DNA of 26,966 nt, from positions 1 through 26,966 of the forward strand of contig JBOHXF010000363.1 in assembly GCA_050737455.1 (NCBI GenBank), given 5' to 3'. Of the stretch, positions 19,011-26,966 are shown one piece after another (positions within the stretch are counted from its first letter, which is position 1; every line of letters begins with the position of its first letter). The translations under genes and the position numbers were made by a program. This stretch comes from Opitutaceae bacterium (GTDB lineage: Bacteria > Verrucomicrobiota > Verrucomicrobiia > Opitutales > Opitutaceae). Under the pieces are notes generated by a model. The model was given only the letters and a program-made list of their open reading frames with translations, was not told the DNA's origin and searched no databases.

Positions 19011-20873
19011 TTAGCTGCGCGCCATCGCCTCGATGGCCACCATGAGCACGCCCACGTCGGATGGGTTCACGCCGCTGATGCGGCTCGCCTGGCCGAGCGT
19101 GAAGGGCTTGAACTGGGAGAGCTTGAGGGCGCTTTCGCGCCGCAGGCCGCGGAGCTCGAGGAAATCGAGCGCGGGAGGTATCCGAACATGCTCGATCCGC
19201 TCCAATTTTTCAATCTGACGCTCTTCCCTCGCTAGATACCCCTCATATTCAACATAATACAACACCTGATCCCGGATGGGCGCCCCTTCCGCAAGAAAAT
19301 CGGCCGGCAGTTCGATCCCCCGCCCCTCCCTGCGGATCCGATCAGCCCAGGTGCCACCACCTGCTTGAGTGGACGTGAAAAACCGAATCCATCGCGCGAT
19401 GCGAGCCCGCTTCTCTTCTATTTTACCCAACCTATTTGCATCAAGCAACTTAAACTCGGACGCATGATGAGCCAGACGTAGTTCGGCGCTTCCGTGATTG
19501 AACAGCAGCCGATGTTCAGCCCGACTTGTGAACATCCGATAAGGCTCGTCGGTCCCCTTGGTGACCAGATCGTCGATCAACACTCCGATATAACCTTCGT
19601 GGCGCCCGATAGTTAACGCCGCCCCTCCCCTCGCCCGCTGGGCGGCATTGACACCTGCCACAAGCCCTTGGCCGGCCGCTTCCTCGTACCCTGAAGTGCC
19701 GTTGATCTGCCCAGCGAAAAACAATCCTTGGACCTTCTTTGATTCCAACGAAGGATATATCTGGATGGGTGGAGCGAAATCATATTCGACGGCATAGGCC
19801 GGCCTCATGAGAACCGCTTTCTGCAGGCCCGGTATGCTATGGACCAATTGCAACTGGATTTCGAACGGCAAAGATGTCGAGAGCCCGTTGATGTAGTATT
19901 CGTTGGTGGCCCGTCCTTCAGGCTCAAGGAAGAGCAAATGCCGAGGCTTGTCGGCGAAGCGAACGAATTTATCTTCAATGCTCGGGCAATATCTTGGGCC
20001 GACGCCTTTGATCTCGCCATTGTACATAGCAGAGCGGTGCAGATTGGATCGCACAATGGCGGCCGTCTCGTCAGTCGTGTAGGTCATCCAGCACGAGATT
20101 TGATCGGTTCCGGGCTTCCAGCCGAGGCGCCGTTCGCCAAATTGTTCCACGTGGAACAATTCAGCGTCGCCACGGGTGTCGTGGAACGCGAAAAACGTGG
20201 GGTCGGGATCACCACGCTGTTCCCGCATCTGATTGAAGTCGATTGATCGCCCGAGGATGCGGGGTGGGGTGCCTGTCTTCAACCGCCGAAGTTCAATGCC
20301 TGCCTCGATAAGGCTGTGGGAAAGAGTCTGCGCGCTGAAATCGCCCAGCCGGCCGCCTTCGTTCTTGTTCTGCCCGATATGCATGAGGCCACGTAAGAAA
20401 GTCCCTGTGGTCACGACCACGCTCTTAGCCATGAATTCAACATCGAGATTCGTATGACAACCGGTCACGCGGCCGGATCCGAAGCGCAATCCGGTGACCG
20501 TCGCTTGAAAGAGGCGCAGATTCGGCTGGAGCTCCAATGTGTGCTTCAACCGAAATTGATATGCCTTCTTATCACATTGGGCTCTAGGCGCTTGCACAGA
20601 AAGCCCCTTGGACTCGTTCAACAGGCGAAATTGGATCGCGGTCACATCGGTGTTGATCGCCATTTCACCGCCAAGGGCGTCGATTTCGCGGACAATCTGT
20701 CCCTTGGCCTGGCCGCCGATGGCCGGGTTGCAGCTCATTTGCGCCACCGTGTCGAGATTCCCGGTGAGGAGCAGGGTGGAGGCCCCCATTCGCGACGCCG
20801 CCAATGCCGCCTCGACGCCGGCATGGCCGGCGCCACAGACGATGACGTCGAAAAGCTCCTCGTTTAAGCACAT
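19011..20873 (-). CDS. mnmG: tRNA uridine-5-carboxymethylaminomethyl modification enzyme MnmG (GidA)
   Basis: GAGHAGVEAA, MSCNPAIGG, RLKTGTPPR, GPRYCPSIEDK, AGQINGTSGYEEAAGQG, EPYRMFTSRAE. Confidence 0.97.
   Translation of the reverse strand: MCLNEELFDVIVCGAGHAGVEAALAASRMGASTLLLTGNLDTVAQMSCNPAIGGQAKGQIVREIDALGGEMAINTDVTAIQFRLLNESKGLSVQAPRAQCDKKAYQFRLKHTLELQPNLRLFQATVTGLRFGSGRVTGCHTNLDVEFMAKSVVVTTGTFLRGLMHIGQNKNEGGRLGDFSAQTLSHSLIEAGIELRRLKTGTPPRILGRSIDFNQMREQRGDPDPTFFAFHDTRGDAELFHVEQFGERRLGWKPGTDQISCWMTYTTDETAAIVRSNLHRSAMYNGEIKGVGPRYCPSIEDKFVRFADKPRHLLFLEPEGRATNEYYINGLSTSLPFEIQLQLVHSIPGLQKAVLMRPAYAVEYDFAPPIQIYPSLESKKVQGLFFAGQINGTSGYEEAAGQGLVAGVNAAQRARGGAALTIGRHEGYIGVLIDDLVTKGTDEPYRMFTSRAEHRLLFNHGSAELRLAHHASEFKLLDANRLGKIEEKRARIARWIRFFTSTQAGGGTWADRIRREGRGIELPADFLAEGAPIRDQVLYYVEYEGYLAREERQIEKLERIEHVRIPPALDFLELRGLRRESALKLSQFKPFTLGQASRISGVNPSDVGVLMVAIEAMARS
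20143..20158. other. parS centromere site (intragenic, in mnmG)
   Basis: TGTTCCACGTGGAACA is a full match to the widespread parS consensus TGTTNCACGTGNAACA; the palindrome extends perfectly over 20140-20161. Confidence 0.88.
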
Positions 20874-21154
20874 GACAGGGCTCCCTTAATATGCACGCCC
20901 GCCCGTCCTGCAAGGCTCGCCGGGACCCGGGACCGCACGAAGCGGACGGGCGCGTAGCGCGCCTCGCTGGGCTTCCTCCCCGATCACCACGCCCGATCCC
21001 AGCAATCGCTTGAAACAGCGCTCATTCGGGCAGCTTTGCCAAGCGGCGCGGGCAGGCCGACGCCGCGCCCGAGAGTCCAAGCGGTCAAGTGTCCGCATCG
21101 TGGATACAGCCGCCCGTGCATCCCTTGTTGGTCGCAATGATATGGCATTTGTAT

Positions 21155-22516
21155 CTACTTGCCGATGCAGAACTTAGCGAACAGGGCGTCCAGGACGCGC
21201 TCGTGGTCGATCCGGCCCGCGATCTCACCGAACGCGTCCAGAGCCCCGCGCAGGTCGCTCGCGAGGAGGGCTGGATCCGAGGAGGAGGCCAGCTTTCGCA
21301 GCGCGCTCTCCAGGCATTCCCGAGCCTGGACGAGCGCCTGCGCGTGGCGGGCGTTGATCGCGACAGCCTCTCCGTCCCCCAAGGGCTGGAGCCGGCTGAC
21401 AGCCGCCTCCAGCGCAACGCGCAGCTCCTCGACGCCCGCACCCGTCAGCGCCGACACCCGCCAGGCCGGAAGACCGTCAGGGGCGGGCGCTGCCGCCTCC
21501 GGATGCAGGTCGGTCTTGTTCCAGGCGACCAGGGTGGGGCGGCCGCCGCGCCGGGCGTCGAATTCCGGCCAGAACCCGGGCAAGGGGCGGGCCGCGTCGA
21601 GCACGGCGAGCAGGATGTCCGCATCATGGATACATTCCCAGGCGCGCCCGATCCCCAGGCGTTCGACGGGGCCCGGGTCGGGATTCAGGCCTGCGGTGTC
21701 CACCAGGCGCGCGAGGTGCGGCCCGAGCCGCACCCGCTCCTCGAGAAAATCGCGGGTCGTGCCGGGTTCAGGGCTGACGATCGCCCGGTCCCTTCCCACA
21801 AGGCGGTTGAGCAGGGAGCTTTTGCCCGCGTTCGGTTCGCCCACGATGACCACCGCCGCTCCCTCCCGGAGCAATTCGCCGTAATGCCGGGTCGCGAGCA
21901 GCCGTGCTGCGCCGCCCATGATCCGCGCCACGGTCCCGCGCAGCTCGGTCCGATTCTCGGCGGGCAGATCTTCGTCGGGAAAGTCGATATAGGCCTCGAC
22001 CCGGGCGAGCGTGCCGATCAGGTCCGCGCAGAGCCCGTCCATTTCCCTACGGAGCGAGCCCCGAAGCTGCCGATGGGCAGCGGCGAGCGCCTGTTCGCTC
22101 CTCGCGTGAATGAGGTCCATCACCGCCTCCGCCTGGCTCAGGTCGAGCCGACCGTTCAGAAACGCCCTGCGGGTGAATTCCCCCGGATCGGCCGGCCTGC
22201 AGCCGCGCGCGTGCAGATCCTCCAGGATGCGTTGCGCGAGGTAGGGGCTCCCGTGCGCCGAAATCTCCGCCATGTCCTCGCCGGTGTATGACCGCGGGCC
22301 GGCGAACACGGTGACCAGCACCTCGTCGATAAGGACGCCCGATCGATCGCGATACGCCGCCAGCACGGCGCGGCGCGGCGCCGGCTCCCGGCCAAAGATG
22401 TCCCCAACCAGCGCCCGGGCGTCGCCGCCCGTGATTCGGACGACCGCGAGCGCCGCAGTACCCGCCGGCGTGCCCAGGGCGGCGATGGTGTCCGAAGCCG
22501 AGAGGACCCGGTCCAC
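21155..22516 (-). CDS. mnmE: tRNA modification GTPase MnmE (TrmE)
   Basis: PRSYTGED, GEFTRRAFLNGRLDLSQAEAV, GEPNAGKSS, GTTRD, DTAG, NKTD, terminal FCIGK. Confidence 0.97.
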   Translation of the reverse strand: MDRVLSASDTIAALGTPAGTAALAVVRITGGDARALVGDIFGREPAPRRAVLAAYRDRSGVLIDEVLVTVFAGPRSYTGEDMAEISAHGSPYLAQRILEDLHARGCRPADPGEFTRRAFLNGRLDLSQAEAVMDLIHARSEQALAAAHRQLRGSLRREMDGLCADLIGTLARVEAYIDFPDEDLPAENRTELRGTVARIMGGAARLLATRHYGELLREGAAVVIVGEPNAGKSSLLNRLVGRDRAIVSPEPGTTRDFLEERVRLGPHLARLVDTAGLNPDPGPVERLGIGRAWECIHDADILLAVLDAARPLPGFWPEFDARRGGRPTLVAWNKTDLHPEAAAPAPDGLPAWRVSALTGAGVEELRVALEAAVSRLQPLGDGEAVAINARHAQALVQARECLESALRKLASSSDPALLASDLRGALDAFGEIAGRIDHERVLDALFAKFCIGK

Positions 22517-23617
22517 CTACTGCTCGCCGTTTTCCCCGTCCGTCACGCTCGTGCCGCCCCGCACCTGGACCTTTTCGAGCACGGCCTTGACGATCTTCTC
22601 GGCCAAATCGGGCTTTTCCCGGAGGGTTTGCTTCGCCGCATCGCGGCCCTGGCCGACCAGTTCGCCCTGATAGGCGATCCAGGCGCCTTTCTTCTCCAGG
22701 ATCTTGTGCTCCAGACCGAGGTCGAGGATCGAACCGATGCGTGAAATACCCTCATCGAATATGATGTCGAACTCGCACTCGGTGAAGGGTGGCGCCACCT
22801 TGTTCTTCACCACCTTGATCTTGGTCCGGTTGCCGATCACCCGGCCCTCCGGAGTCTTGATCTGATCCTTGCGCCGGATGTCGATCCGGATGCTTGAAAA
22901 GAATTTCAACGCCCGGCCGCCGGGGGTCGTCTCCGGATTGCCGAACATGACTCCGATTTTCTCGCGTATCTGATTGGTAAAAACGCAGATGCACTTCGTC
23001 TTGCTGACCACAGCGGTCAACCGTCGCATCGCCTGGCTCATGAGCCGGGCCTGGGAACCCACGGTGGCGTCCCCCATCTGGCCGTCCAGTTCCTGCTTCG
23101 AAACCAGGGCGGCGACCGAGTCGATCACGATCACGTCGATGGCGTTGGAACGGATGAGGGTCTCGGTGATGTTCAGCGCGTCCTCGCCGCTGTCCGGCTG
23201 CGAGACCAGCAGATCGTCCAGGTTCACCCCGACGACGCGGGCGTACTTCGGGTCGAGCGCGTGCTCGACATCGATGAATGCAGCCAGGCCCCCCCGCCTT
23301 TGCGCCTCGGCGATGAGGCTGAGGCAGAACGTCGTCTTGCCCGACGATTCCGGGCCGTAGATTTCGACCATGCGCCCGCGGGGCAGGCCTCCGACGCCCA
23401 GCGCCAAATCGATGGCGAGGGAACCGGTGGACAACGTTTCCACGGTCATCTTGTGATTGTCGCCCAGGCGCATGATCGAGCCTTCCCCGAACTGCTTCGT
23501 GATGGCGCTGATGGCCAGGTCGACGTTCTTGAGGACGGCAGGATCGGCGCCCGCCGCGGCGGAATTTCTGGGTTTGTCGGGCGCTTCGGTGCGGGCGGCG
23601 AGTGCGGCTTTGGACAT
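22517..23617 (-). CDS. recA: Recombinase A
   Basis: ATG at 23617 (MSKAAL). [66 protein letters not shown]. Confidence 0.97.
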   Translation of the reverse strand: MSKAALAARTEAPDKPRNSAAAGADPAVLKNVDLAISAITKQFGEGSIMRLGDNHKMTVETLSTGSLAIDLALGVGGLPRGRMVEIYGPESSGKTTFCLSLIAEAQRRGGLAAFIDVEHALDPKYARVVGVNLDDLLVSQPDSGEDALNITETLIRSNAIDVIVIDSVAALVSKQELDGQMGDATVGSQARLMSQAMRRLTAVVSKTKCICVFTNQIREKIGVMFGNPETTPGGRALKFFSSIRIDIRRKDQIKTPEGRVIGNRTKIKVVKNKVAPPFTECEFDIIFDEGISRIGSILDLGLEHKILEKKGAWIAYQGELVGQGRDAAKQTLREKPDLAEKIVKAVLEKVQVRGGTSVTDGENGEQ

Positions 23618-23779
23618 GGAAGGAGAGGGTGGGAAGATCGAAAGGGATACTGTAAAGGGAGTGTGGGACAACCGCGGGGACAGCCACCGAGCATCACCGC
23701 GCCGGCCGCCAATTCTAGCAAGCTGATTACGCAGGCCCGCGTCCCGGCCCATACGGTGGAGAACATCGCCAGCCGGCGT

Positions 23780-23793
23780 GGTTCGGAGGAATA
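23780..23793. promoter_or_regulatory. Candidate LexA (SOS) box upstream of recA
   Basis: GGTTC-ggag-GAATA, 8/10 match to the TGTTC-N4-GAACA motif I recall for Verrucomicrobia LexA; ~160 nt upstream of recA. Confidence 0.35.
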
Positions 23794-24047
23794 GGGCACA
23801 ACACACTCGAGGCTCGTCCGACGCCACGAAGAGTCTCCCCTCTCGATGAAGGGATGACGCGTCCTTCTTCAGTGCATTCGAGAAACTCATGCCTTTGGCG
23901 ACCCTGCGAGCGCGCTACCCGTCCGCATGCGGCCGGTAGGCGAGCGCAATTTCCCCTTTCCGCGCAAAAGCCGCGCTTCCGAGGTTGACTGCGTCCGCGG
24001 TGTTCGCCTAGGTCAGCCCTTTCTTACCGCACCGCCCCGAGCAACGC

Positions 24048-24929
24048 ATGTCCGGAGCCAATAAATTTGCTTTCGCAGCCCTCGCCCTGACCCCAGTCCT
24101 TCCCGCCTTCGCGGCGGACGGATCCGAGCCGGTGGCACCGAGCGCACACCGGCTGATCCACCTCGGGCCGCTGCCGGTGAGCAACAGCATGATCACGAGC
24201 TGGGTTGTCGCGGTTGTCCTGATCGTGCTGGTCCGGTGGGCTTTGGGCCTGCGGCCCAAGCTGCGGCCCAGCCGCGCACAGGTGGTCGTGGAAACGCTCG
24301 TGCAGGGAGTCTACGATCTCACCGCTCCGATCGTCGGCAAGCGCGCGGCGATGCCGACCTTCCCGCTGCTGGTGGGCCTGTTCACATTCATCCTGATGCA
24401 GAATTGGAGCGGCCTCTTTCCAGGTGTCGGGACCGTGAAGATCTGGGACCTGGCGGCCGGCCGATGGGAGGATTTCGTGCGACCCGGCAACGCGGACCTC
24501 AACCTGCCGTTCGCCCTCGCCATCGTCTCGATGCTCGCGTGGCTGTATTTCATATTCCGGTACGCGGGCCTCAGGACCATCGTCCAGGACCTCTTCGGCA
24601 ACAAGGCCGTGAAGGGCGACGTTAACGTCGCCCTCTACGTGCTCCTCTATTTCCTGTTCTTCTTCGTCGGCCTCACGGAAATCGTTTCGATCAGCTTCCG
24701 ACCGATCTCCCTCGCTTTCCGCCTCTTCGGCAACATGTTCGGCGGAGAGAACCTGATGCACTCGATCTCGGAGCTGGCCCCCTGGGCGCGCTGGGGGCTG
24801 CCCATCCCCTTCATGTTCTTGGAGATGCTCATCGGCTTCATCCAGGCCCTGGTGTTCACGCTGCTGGTCAGCGTTTATATCGGGCTCATCTGCAACCACG
24901 GCGACGAGCACGAGGCCCCTTCCCATTAA
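24048..24929 (+). CDS. atpB: F0F1 ATP synthase subunit a
   Basis: NWSGLFPG, RPGNADLN, RPISLAFRLFGNMFGGE with the essential Arg, IQALVFTLL. Confidence 0.96.
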   Translation: MSGANKFAFAALALTPVLPAFAADGSEPVAPSAHRLIHLGPLPVSNSMITSWVVAVVLIVLVRWALGLRPKLRPSRAQVVVETLVQGVYDLTAPIVGKRAAMPTFPLLVGLFTFILMQNWSGLFPGVGTVKIWDLAAGRWEDFVRPGNADLNLPFALAIVSMLAWLYFIFRYAGLRTIVQDLFGNKAVKGDVNVALYVLLYFLFFFVGLTEIVSISFRPISLAFRLFGNMFGGENLMHSISELAPWARWGLPIPFMFLEMLIGFIQALVFTLLVSVYIGLICNHGDEHEAPSH

Positions 24930-25009
24930 GACCACCCCTTTGCCGCCGGGACCGTGCCTCGCGCGGGCGGCGGCAGCCACCACAACGAAATCCACATCAC
25001 ATATCCATC

Positions 25010-25216
25010 ATGCATATCCTCGCTGAAATCAGCGGCAGCATCCAAGGCGCGCTCGGCTGTCTGGGCGCCGCCATCGGCGTCGGCCTCGTCGGTGCCAAGG
25101 GCGCCGAGGCCGTCGGCCGCAACCCCGAGGCTTCGGGCAAGATCCTTGTCCAAAGCCTCCTGGGCATGGCCATCGCCGAAGCGGTCGCGTTCTATTCGCT
25201 GTTCATCATCCGCTAA
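25010..25216 (+). CDS. atpE: F0F1 ATP synthase subunit c
   Basis: Gly-rich helix LGAAIGVGLVG, RNP loop, carboxylate in IAEAVAFY; no Ser/Thr after Glu, suggesting H+ rather than Na+ coupling. Confidence 0.95.
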   Translation: MHILAEISGSIQGALGCLGAAIGVGLVGAKGAEAVGRNPEASGKILVQSLLGMAIAEAVAFYSLFIIR

Positions 25217-25282
25217 CCCCGCCGGTTCGCGTCCGCGCCGCCGCCCCCGAGGGAGGTGGCGCGGACCGCCCCTTGCCCCGCC

Positions 25283-25831
25283 ATGATCGTTCCTCCCTTC
25301 ATCGCCGAAGCCTCCGCCGCCAACCCGGTGACGCAGATCACGAACGAGTTCGGGATCCGCGTGCCGATGCTGATCGCGCAGATCGTCAATTTCGTCGTCG
25401 TCGCCTCCCTCCTGTGGTACTTCGCCTTCAAGCCGGTTCTCGCGACGATCGGCGAGCGCCAGAGGAAAATCGACGCGGGACTGAAGTACGCCGAGGAGAT
25501 GAAGGCGAAGCTCGATGCCGCCCAGCAAGCGTACGACTCCCAGCTCCGCGAAGCACAGCTCAAGGCGCGCGAAATCGTCGCCGAAGCCCAGACAGCCGCG
25601 AAGGATCTGGCGGACCGGCAGCAGCAGGAGGCTACCCACCGCGCCAACCATCTCATCGAGACGGCGCAGGCGGCCATCGAGCTCGAAAAGCGCAAGATGC
25701 TGGCCGAGGCTCGCGCCGAAATCGCCCGGCTGGTGGTCGCGACCGCCCAGCAGGTCCTCGCGCGTCAGCTCACCGAACCGGAGCGCGGCCGCTACAACGA
25801 GGCATCCGCCAAGGAATTGCTCCAGGCCTAA
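25283..25831 (+). CDS. atpF: F0F1 ATP synthase subunit b
   Basis: AQIVNF TM segment, KPV...ERQRKI, long charged coiled coil; ATG at 25283. Confidence 0.93.
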   Translation: MIVPPFIAEASAANPVTQITNEFGIRVPMLIAQIVNFVVVASLLWYFAFKPVLATIGERQRKIDAGLKYAEEMKAKLDAAQQAYDSQLREAQLKAREIVAEAQTAAKDLADRQQQEATHRANHLIETAQAAIELEKRKMLAEARAEIARLVVATAQQVLARQLTEPERGRYNEASAKELLQA

Positions 25832-25842
25832 GAACCGCTCCC

Positions 25843-26238
25843 ATGTCCGCCCATTCCAAAGCAGCCCAGAACCTCGCGCGCCAGCTCCTCCGCCTCAGCC
25901 TGGAAAACGGCGAGCTGTCCGCCGAGCGCGTGACCGGCGCCCTCGAGTACGTCGTGAAGCACCGCCCCGCGAACTCGCTGATGGTGCTCAAGGCCTATCG
26001 CCGGCTGGCCGCCGCCGAACTCGCCCGCGGCGAGGCGACGGTCGAGCACGCGGGCGCGGTGTCGGACGCGGCGCTACAGTCGATCGAGGCCGCCATGGGC
26101 CGACGTTACCGCCGCAGAATCTTTGCCTCCGCGCGGCCCAACCCAGCCCTAATCGCCGGGCTTCGCGTCCGGGTCGCCGACGACGTCTTCGACGCCTCCA
26201 TCGCCGCCCAGCTTTCGGCTCTCGCCGCGTCCGTTTAA
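25843..26238 (+). CDS. atpH: F0F1 ATP synthase subunit delta (short form, 131 aa)
   Basis: ATG at 25843 (MSAHSK); C-terminal NPALIAGLRVRVADDVFDASI delta/OSCP motif; position between atpF and atpA. Confidence 0.9.
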   Translation: MSAHSKAAQNLARQLLRLSLENGELSAERVTGALEYVVKHRPANSLMVLKAYRRLAAAELARGEATVEHAGAVSDAALQSIEAAMGRRYRRRIFASARPNPALIAGLRVRVADDVFDASIAAQLSALAASV

Positions 26239-26265
26239 CCCCCCTTCGCCCAGCCTCCCCGTGTC

Positions 26266-26966
<701 letters not shown>

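Noticed and set aside
17823..19235. 470-aa plus-strand ORF spanning the inverted repeat, as a possible transposase
   Set aside because: No DDE, HUH or recombinase motifs recognised; mostly antisense to glpK, trmB and mnmG.
20874..21154. oriC or ncRNA in the mnmE-mnmG spacer (also considered for the recA-atpB spacer)
   Set aside because: No cluster of TTATCCACA boxes, no AT-rich unwinding element and no recognisable RNA family motif.
23618..23890. 91-aa N-terminal extension of RecA
   Set aside because: Non-conserved-looking sequence across the promoter region; ATG 23617 gives a normal-length RecA.
25273..25842. 321-aa ORF suggesting an atpF-atpH fusion or frameshift
   Set aside because: The upstream part is an Arg-rich off-frame reading of atpF; atpF has its own stop and atpH its own ATG.

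Overview
GC-rich bacterial chromosome segment. The LacI paralog type, DUF5069-like gene, short AtpH and Shine-Dalgarno-poor leaders suggest Verrucomicrobiota (Opitutaceae-like); this is an inference. Left part: two small hypothetical genes, two tandem LacI regulators divergent from an AmpG-like MFS transporter and a GH1 beta-glucosidase, then glutaredoxin-gltB-gltD, a UDP-glucuronate epimerase, a small DMT-like membrane protein and glpK-glpD. Right part: a probably origin-proximal housekeeping block (recA-mnmE, mnmG-trmB on the minus strand, divergent from atpB-E-F-H-A, with atpA cut by the window end). The most striking signal is a perfect parS centromere (TGTTCCACGTGGAACA, within a 22-bp palindrome) inside an extra loop of the mnmG coding sequence, in a local drop in GC content. 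Also notable are a 132-bp MITE-like element with 30-bp inverted repeats upstream of glpK, an intrinsic terminator just ahead of gltB, and an extra membrane module fused to the MFS. No rRNA, tRNA, CRISPR, transposase or prophage was recognised. All counts are by hand and no database searches were run.
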